DNA from: an uncultured virus (IMG/VR IMGVR_UViG_3300005617_000177)
Taxonomy: Duplodnaviria; Heunggongvirae; Uroviricota; Caudoviricetes
Length of the DNA stretch: 20,000 bases
IMG/VR virus record: IMGVR_UViG_3300005617_000177
Reading direction: 5' to 3' (one strand)
The first letter of the stretch is position 1, and every line of letters starts with the position of its first letter. Of this stretch, positions 14,181 through 20,000 are shown one piece after another. The position numbers and the translations under genes are program-made. The notes below the pieces were generated by a model. The model worked only from the letters and a program-made list of their open reading frames with translations. It was not told where the DNA came from and did no database searches.

Positions 14181-15820
14181 CTTGCCATTGCCCTTTTCTT
14201 TAATCTGTTGAGCAGATCTCCTACAACATCACCGCTCAATACTCCCTCGGAAGCAACACCATCAACAATTTGAGATGCCATCTCCATCTTTCTCTCTATG
14301 ATCTCCATCAGATCATCATCAATTGTGTTCGAAGCCAACAGAAACCACGCGGTTAGTCCGTGTGGATCGATCAGCCGGCCGTAGGCGCGGTCGAGAACTT
14401 GATCGAGAGTTTTGGCTGTGTTAGGAAGTTCTAGAATGATGCAGTTGTAGGCAGCGGTTAAGTCCAACCCTTCGCCTCCAGCTTCCATAGAGACCAGAGC
14501 GACGCGCGGACCCTTCGGCGCCTGAAAGAGTTGTTTTGAACGATCTCTCTCTGCTGCTGTTTGCCCACCGATGATGGACACGGCTTCAGGGATTTTAGCC
14601 AGAATAGCTTCTTGAACATCTCGGTGATGGGCGAAGACTAAGAGCTTCTCGTCCGGAGAATCAACAAGAAAGTCTTTGATCCATTCGATAGCTGTTGCTA
14701 CTTTACCCATGCCGGCCAGATGTCGAAGCACTCCGAGTCGAACTAGCGCCTGGGCTCGCTCGGCTGTACGAGTCTTTGACCTGGCCCATTCTTCTCTAAG
14801 AATCTGTCGCATCTTCTTGACGCGATCCTGATATGGAAAGGCTTCGAATTCCTTTAGAAGATCCGGCTCCATCTTCTCGCACAGTTCTTGATAAGACATT
14901 TGTCGAAGACTTTCATTGAATTTCACATCTCGCAGAGCTACTTCCTTGAGATATGCTATGAGATCGTCTTCGGCTGCATCGTACTCTCGGCTATTGCTGA
15001 GAGCGACTGGCACCAGAATCTTCTGTTTTGGAGGGAGATCGGGCAGCGCTTCTTGCTTACTCTTGGACCACATGCAAGTGACTTTCAATCGCATGTGAAG
15101 CTCGTCTAAGTTCGAAGATCCGCTGTAGTCGTAAAAGACTTTCTTCTTCCCGTTCTTTAATTTGATCTCTTTCTTTTGTAGATTACAGAATCTGCTTGTA
15201 TATCCCTTCCAACCTCCGAACAGAGGCAGCTTGCTTAATATCTTGAGAATCCCGATCAGATCTGCGGGTTGATTGACAATAGGAGTACCGGATAATCCGA
15301 ATATGTATTGAGATTCGTTAACTTTCTGAAGTCGTTCAGCGAGAAAATTACAAGCGAGATGTTGATATGTTGAAGAATCCTTGCAGCGGTGGACTTCATC
15401 CAGGATCAAGACTCTATTCTTGCGCATGGCTATGGCCTGCGCCCAGTTCCAAACAATAGAGTAATTGACGATAACAACGTCAGCGGAGAGGTCGTTGATT
15501 GGTATAGAGACTCTGCCCCGACCGCGCACCGTAATGACTAGGGATTCGCCGAGTGGGATATTCTTTTTGCCTTGAAGTATCGAGACAGTTTTACCTTCTT
15601 GTAGCCAACACAGAACTTCTCCGGCCCACTGCATGGAGACTGATGCAGGACAGACTATGACAGCCGGATATAGTTTGGCTGTATCCATCGCGGCGATAGC
15701 CATGACAGATTTACCAAGTCCCCGGGAGGCCGCATTAATGCTGCGCTTAGTGGCGAGCATGTATTCAATCCCATCGTACTGGAACGGCCTCAATCCTTGG
15801 ACTGTGATTTGTTCGCGCAT
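14177..15820 (-). CDS. SNF2-family (SMARCAL1/HARP-like) helicase/translocase
   Basis: LRPFQ Q-motif, GLGKS, VCPAS...W..E, ILDEVH, LSGTP..N, VFAHH, GEGLDLTAA, QVLDRAYGR. Confidence 0.93.
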   Translation of the reverse strand: MREQITVQGLRPFQYDGIEYMLATKRSINAASRGLGKSVMAIAAMDTAKLYPAVIVCPASVSMQWAGEVLCWLQEGKTVSILQGKKNIPLGESLVITVRGRGRVSIPINDLSADVVIVNYSIVWNWAQAIAMRKNRVLILDEVHRCKDSSTYQHLACNFLAERLQKVNESQYIFGLSGTPIVNQPADLIGILKILSKLPLFGGWKGYTSRFCNLQKKEIKLKNGKKKVFYDYSGSSNLDELHMRLKVTCMWSKSKQEALPDLPPKQKILVPVALSNSREYDAAEDDLIAYLKEVALRDVKFNESLRQMSYQELCEKMEPDLLKEFEAFPYQDRVKKMRQILREEWARSKTRTAERAQALVRLGVLRHLAGMGKVATAIEWIKDFLVDSPDEKLLVFAHHRDVQEAILAKIPEAVSIIGGQTAAERDRSKQLFQAPKGPRVALVSMEAGGEGLDLTAAYNCIILELPNTAKTLDQVLDRAYGRLIDPHGLTAWFLLASNTIDDDLMEIIERKMEMASQIVDGVASEGVLSGDVVGDLLNRLKKRAMAR

Positions 15821-15822
15821 TG

Positions 15823-16161
15823 TTAGTAGCCAGCGTGTGGTTTTCTTCTAAACTCAAAGGTCTCGTCGTAAGTTTCGTTGTACGACGGGCTGTCATAGGT
15901 GACGAGCCATCCTGCGGCGCTGTAGGCCGGCTCGATGTCAAGCCAATGATTGTCAAAGATTTCCTGACTGAGAACGCCTACTGCCTTGTCCTCTGAATTC
16001 GGCATAACTGCCACTATCGCCAAGACGATATCTTTCTGTTTGATGATAGCGGAACGCCCATTCCATTTTTTCTTTATCAGGTTATTGACGCATTCGATTA
16101 CAAACTCAGGTAGTTCCTTGACTTTGTACTCGTGTACTTCTTCTGGTGTGATCGGTTTCAT
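15823..16161 (-). CDS. Hypothetical phage protein (112 aa; MKPITPEEV...WLDIE..Y...GW.V.YD.P.YNE)
   Basis: ATG 16161 lies just after the upstream stop; looks like a recurrent phage hypothetical family. Confidence 0.8.
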   Translation of the reverse strand: MKPITPEEVHEYKVKELPEFVIECVNNLIKKKWNGRSAIIKQKDIVLAIVAVMPNSEDKAVGVLSQEIFDNHWLDIEPAYSAAGWLVTYDSPSYNETYDETFEFRRKPHAGY

Positions 16162-16165
16162 TGTT

Positions 16166-16747
16166 TTACCAATGTCCTGTAAGATCCGGCACCGCTGCCG
16201 CGAAGCCGCGCTGCTCGAATTCTCCTGGTGTATAGAATGGACCACCGAGTTTGGATGTGCGATCCCAAAGTATGGCGGTCGCCGCGGTTGCCAGATTCAA
16301 GCAATGCTTCGTTGGAATTACGACGAAGCGGTGACAGTGCCGAATGAGAGATGTTGGTATGCTTCCGTCTTCAGGTCCGAAGACGTACACCGCATTCTCC
16401 GGATGTTCGAACTGATGGAGAAGCTCTGCCTGTGGGCGCACTTCGATTGCGATAGGGATGACGTCAGGACCGAACGCATCGAAAGGATAATCGTAATTGA
16501 TGATGTCCACTTCTTTGTATCCCTTCATCCGTTCTTCTCGAGGAAGCCTCTTGGATACTTCCAGGTCTTCCGTGATGCGATTGCCGGTGAACCATACCTG
16601 TTTGAAGCCAAAACAAGACGCCAATCTTACTACCATTCCGGCGTTATGTGCATGTTTTGGATTCACTAAGATAATGGAGGGAGTGACTCCCTTGGGAGGC
16701 TGATACTGAATGCGCTCGACCATTTGATCTTTAATCGGTCTTCTCAT
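16166..16747 (-). CDS. SpoU/TrmH-family (SPOUT) RNA 2'-O-methyltransferase
   Basis: Motif 1 NPKHAHNAGMVVRLASCFG, motif 2 YVFGPEDGSI, motif 3 VIPTKHCLNLATA..ILW; start ATG 16747 with AAGGA RBS. Confidence 0.9.
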   Translation of the reverse strand: MRRPIKDQMVERIQYQPPKGVTPSIILVNPKHAHNAGMVVRLASCFGFKQVWFTGNRITEDLEVSKRLPREERMKGYKEVDIINYDYPFDAFGPDVIPIAIEVRPQAELLHQFEHPENAVYVFGPEDGSIPTSLIRHCHRFVVIPTKHCLNLATAATAILWDRTSKLGGPFYTPGEFEQRGFAAAVPDLTGHW

Positions 16748-17144
16748 TGCTTGTCCTTCTGGCTGCGCGAACTTCTTCCGCACTCCATATTTCCGTGCTT
16801 TGCATATCTGGTGCTATACCGCACTTCGGACATTGGTATCCTCCGTGGAGTCCCACCAGCGGAGTGCCGTGACAATCTCCACCATCAGCATGTACTAATA
16901 CTCCGTTGTGCTTGCTTACTATCGGTTGCTCGGGCTGACTCTTATTCTCTTTCTTTGCCCAGAATGTTTCATTCTGGGGCGGAGTCTCAGTAGTGAACAG
17001 AGTGCGCGGCCGAAGTTGGACAATAACTTCGTAGTCTTCTTCTCCGTGCGAAATGAAGTATCTGATACAGCTTGAATGGACTAACGCCATCTGCTCAACA
17101 GCCACATTCAACAAAGAATGTAGCGCTTCACTCTGTTTCCCCAT
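16731..17144 (-). CDS. Hypothetical protein with C-terminal Zn-ribbon (137 aa)
   Basis: H...CH...CPKC; start uncertain (17144 or 17165). Confidence 0.65.
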   Translation of the reverse strand: MGKQSEALHSLLNVAVEQMALVHSSCIRYFISHGEEDYEVIVQLRPRTLFTTETPPQNETFWAKKENKSQPEQPIVSKHNGVLVHADGGDCHGTPLVGLHGGYQCPKCGIAPDMQSTEIWSAEEVRAARRTSNEKTD

Positions 17145-17394
17145 TGTTAAATCTCCTGATAGCATTATCGAGATCAGCCAGAATCACATCCAATTCTTTT
17201 GCGGCGCCTGGATCTTCCAGTTCATGTTTGACCTTATTCAGTTGCAGTCGCTTAGTGATAACTTTTATATGCTCACAGAATTCCTGCTCTGCCGCAGTCC
17301 GAGGCATATCAAGAAGCACGTCATCTCGGGTGTCTCGATCTTGGAGCACCCTTGATAAGAAGACACCCCAAAGATTACTCAGTCTATTCTTCAT
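17128..17394 (-). CDS. Hypothetical helical protein (88 aa)
   Basis: ATG 17394 overlaps the end of the upstream 54-aa ORF. Confidence 0.65.
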   Translation of the reverse strand: MKNRLSNLWGVFLSRVLQDRDTRDDVLLDMPRTAAEQEFCEHIKVITKRLQLNKVKHELEDPGAAKELDVILADLDNAIRRFNNGETE

Positions 17395-17548
17395 CTTCGT
17401 CTTCCTCTGGCATACCGCCGATCTCACAGTAATCGTCTTGAGGATCATCTACCATGCGTAGACACAAACCGCCATCGTCTACGCCAACGTAGGCCCCGGC
17501 AGGTAGACTTTCCAACCAATTGATAATCTCTTCTTTTGGTTTAGCCAT
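17384..17548 (-). CDS. Small very acidic protein (54 aa)
   Basis: MAKPKEEIINWLESLPAGAYVGVDDGGLCLRMVDDPQDDYCEIGGMPEEDEDEE; perfect AGGAGG RBS; below the ORF-track cutoff. Confidence 0.8.
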   Translation of the reverse strand: MAKPKEEIINWLESLPAGAYVGVDDGGLCLRMVDDPQDDYCEIGGMPEEDEDEE

Positions 17549-17555
17549 GAACCTC

Positions 17556-19565
17556 CTAAGTTAACTGAATGGTCCGGTCGGCAGGCAGATTCTTGTGAGA
17601 GACAAGTATGACCTGCTGGACCGAATTCTCGGCGAGTTTCTTCAAACAATCATACGTAGCTGTCGCTCGTTCTTCGTCCATCGACGCATCGAGTTCGTCT
17701 CCTAGAAACACCGAGAAGACTTTATTGGTCAACACCTGGCCGAGTCCTATTCGCAGAGCCAGATTAGCAACAGCTTTGGTCGATCCTGAAAGGGTGGCCA
17801 ATGGTTGCTGATCGACCATGACGTCGAAGTCTTCGTCTACTGCAACCTGAGTATGTGTGCCGGATGTCATTTGAGATACGAGGGCCGAGGCTGCGGATGA
17901 AAGACTCGGAATAAGGTAGGATTTAATTCTGCTCTTAAGATCCTTGACTGCGGCTTTGGCTTTCCCAAACTGTTCTATCTTGTTTTTGTAGCTGTCTAGC
18001 TCTGCCATCGCAACTTCATACGCCTGCTTTGCTGCCTTGTAGATCTCAACTTGCTGTTCATAAGCCATCGCGCCGCGTATCCTGGTGTCGAGTGCTGCGA
18101 TCTTCTCTTCAGTGTTTGATAGTTCAGCGGCTCGTTTGGACTTCTCTTCTTTCTCGATTAGATACGCTTTGTACGCTCCAACAGACAGGATGTAATTCTT
18201 CATCTCGAGTTCGAATCGTTGCCGTTCCTGTAGATCTTTTCTGAGATCCGGCGTCTGCGCCAACTGAGCTTCTAGTTCCTTTGTTTGTGCTATCAACCGA
18301 TCTATTTCTTCCTTGCGTCCAAGGTTGTCCTTAAAGAATTCAATATCTTTGCGAGGCAGATTAGGCTTTTTGACTTCCTTAACTGTCTGATACTTTGCAT
18401 GATCGATTGCATTCCAGCGGCCGAGGATGTATTCCAGCTTATCGAGATCCCGGGAAGTCACTTGGGGTTGTGGTATCTCAACAACATCATCAAACTCTTT
18501 GAGTGCTTCTTTTGCCAACGGATATTCAGTCCCGCATTTTGGACAGATTGTTGTGCCCTGATCGAGCAAAGACTTCTTTAACTGCCACCGTTGATACGAG
18601 ACTAGTTGTTGTCGTACTTCTTCTATCTGTTCTTTCGTGAAGGTTGGCTCTGTCTCGCGCTTATAGACTTCACATTTCTCCAGCCAGAGATCATAAGCGG
18701 TCCATTGCTTCTCTAATGCTTTAAGTTGTCTGAGCGTGAGTGAAGGTCCGTAGGCCATCTCCTGTTGAAATCCAGCATAGACAGGATTGAGAGCCAACTG
18801 AGATTTGATCCTGAGAAGCTCTTGTTCCAGAGTCGACCGTGCCGTGCACGCCTCTTCCAGCAATTTAAGAGGCTGCATGACCGTAGTCTTGGGTTCGATT
18901 GGCTCTTCCAGAACGTGGGAGAGCCAGCCCTTCAAGATCAGATATTCTTCAAGGAGCGCCAGCAAAGGTTTCTTTTCGAGATCGAGACTGGAAGAAGACT
19001 GATAGCCTTCTGGTTCTGTCGGCGGTGCCGGCTCCACGATGCCCCGCGCGAGGACGTCATATATCTTTGTTGTGCTTCCGGCCTGCTCTGTGAACCAAGC
19101 AATAAGGGTATCCATAGCAGACAGCCCTATTGTTTGTTCAATCATCGCTCGGCGCTCGGCTGGCTTCATCTGAGACAGAGCTTCGACTTCGCCCTGGCCG
19201 CAACAGTTAGCAGAGTCAAAGACGTTCAAGCCATAGCCAAACAGATTCTTGATGCGGAGATTGACCGCGGTAGTTCCTGAAGCGAGGTTTTTGCCTGTTG
19301 AATCGGATAGGAGGACTCTGGATCCTGCGCGACGAACGCGATAAGTTTCACCGTTTATTTCGAAGTCCAGTTCGATGACGAGCTTTTTGTAATCGTCTGC
19401 TTTGCCACGAAGAGCGGCGGAACCGAATAAGCCGGCACGACACATTTCAAGCAGCAGAGATTTCCCGGCTTCATTCTCTCCGGTAATCACAGTCAATCCC
19501 GGCTGGAATAAGAATTCAGCCTGATGATGCTTGAAGGCATTTTCTAGGTAGAGACGACGAAGCAT
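17556..19565 (-). CDS. sbcC: SbcC/Rad50/gp46-like recombination ATPase
   Basis: Walker A GENEAGKS, Q-loop GQGEV, coiled coils with central CPKC zinc hook, signature LSGST, Walker B/D-loop FLGDELDASMD, H-switch VSH. Confidence 0.93.
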   Translation of the reverse strand: MLRRLYLENAFKHHQAEFLFQPGLTVITGENEAGKSLLLEMCRAGLFGSAALRGKADDYKKLVIELDFEINGETYRVRRAGSRVLLSDSTGKNLASGTTAVNLRIKNLFGYGLNVFDSANCCGQGEVEALSQMKPAERRAMIEQTIGLSAMDTLIAWFTEQAGSTTKIYDVLARGIVEPAPPTEPEGYQSSSSLDLEKKPLLALLEEYLILKGWLSHVLEEPIEPKTTVMQPLKLLEEACTARSTLEQELLRIKSQLALNPVYAGFQQEMAYGPSLTLRQLKALEKQWTAYDLWLEKCEVYKRETEPTFTKEQIEEVRQQLVSYQRWQLKKSLLDQGTTICPKCGTEYPLAKEALKEFDDVVEIPQPQVTSRDLDKLEYILGRWNAIDHAKYQTVKEVKKPNLPRKDIEFFKDNLGRKEEIDRLIAQTKELEAQLAQTPDLRKDLQERQRFELEMKNYILSVGAYKAYLIEKEEKSKRAAELSNTEEKIAALDTRIRGAMAYEQQVEIYKAAKQAYEVAMAELDSYKNKIEQFGKAKAAVKDLKSRIKSYLIPSLSSAASALVSQMTSGTHTQVAVDEDFDVMVDQQPLATLSGSTKAVANLALRIGLGQVLTNKVFSVFLGDELDASMDEERATATYDCLKKLAENSVQQVILVSHKNLPADRTIQLT

Positions 19566-19597
19566 AGACAGGTTGTATCACAACTGAGACAACAAAT

Positions 19598-19978
19598 CTA
19601 GGAATTCTTTCGTTTCTGATGTTGTCTTTCCAAGTAGATGTTTACCAGTTGTCGCTCGTCCTCGAGCAGTTTTTCTATCTGATCTGGCATTGATCCGTAT
19701 ACAGGACTATCAGGGAGATTCTCTAAAGAGAACAGGTGGGGATGATCTCCGGTCGGGAAGAACTTAGAGCCTTCGCTGGAGATAACTAGCGGGATACCAT
19801 TTGCTATTCGCAATCCACATGCTGCGGCATGCTCGGTGACAAGCGCTTTATCTTCCCACGGAGTCAGGAAGACAAAGTATGGCAAGTCATCGAACATACA
19901 GCAGAACATCTTGAAGAGGGAGTTGCGCGGAGTCTCCGGCTTATAGTGTGTGTATTCCAGTGTGGTTGAGAACTGCAT
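19598..19978 (-). CDS. Hypothetical protein (126 aa)
   Basis: AGGAG RBS; coding strand. Confidence 0.75.
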   Translation of the reverse strand: MQFSTTLEYTHYKPETPRNSLFKMFCCMFDDLPYFVFLTPWEDKALVTEHAAACGLRIANGIPLVISSEGSKFFPTGDHPHLFSLENLPDSPVYGSMPDQIEKLLEDERQLVNIYLERQHQKRKNS

Positions 19979-20000
19979 GACTCCTGGCCGGTATTGGCCG

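Larger units (their letters stand above)
1..20000 (-). mobile_element. Segment of a dsDNA phage/prophage genome (recombination/replication and accessory genes)
   Basis: Single-strand gene orientation, many short coupled hypothetical ORFs, phage-typical set (SbcC-like ATPase, SNF2 helicase, RusA, KTSC, NADAR, DUF2493, vWA, tail-fibre-like domain); no host housekeeping operons. Boundaries lie outside the window. Confidence 0.9.

Noticed and set aside
142..19280. Plus-strand ORFs in the track (e.g. 1322-2011, 2768-3505, 5984-6457, 15986-16669, 18765-19280)
   Set aside because: They lie antisense to convincing minus-strand genes and have no recognisable motifs; shadow ORFs.
1..20000. Stop-codon reassignment
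   Set aside because: TAA, TAG and TGA all end genes at tight junctions and recognisable domains are uninterrupted.

Overview
A densely packed, entirely minus-strand block of about 40 genes, many translationally coupled (ATGA, TAATG and TAGTG overlaps), at roughly 50% GC. It looks like part of a tailed dsDNA phage or prophage (replication/recombination plus accessory region); no integrase, terminase or capsid gene is visible. Recognisable genes are an SbcC/Rad50/gp46-like ATPase, a SpoU/TrmH RNA methyltransferase, an SNF2-family helicase, KTSC, RusA, a cyclic-phosphate-processing receiver domain, NADAR, a tail-fibre-like protein, a GT-B glycosyltransferase, a papain-like C1A peptidase, a lipoprotein, a SLOG/DUF2493 protein (missed by the ORF track), a vWA protein and an SSB/SSAP-like protein ending DDEEIPF. 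The best novelty candidate is a ~187-nt multi-branched structured RNA filling the only long intergenic gap (5254-5440), which I cannot match to a known family. Also notable: two conserved genes that appear to start at non-canonical codons (ATC, CTG), a repeated extended -10 leaderless promoter architecture, a small gene flanked by 13-bp direct repeats, and a triple repeat in the leader of the SSB-like gene. All family calls come from motif recognition by eye; no searches were run.
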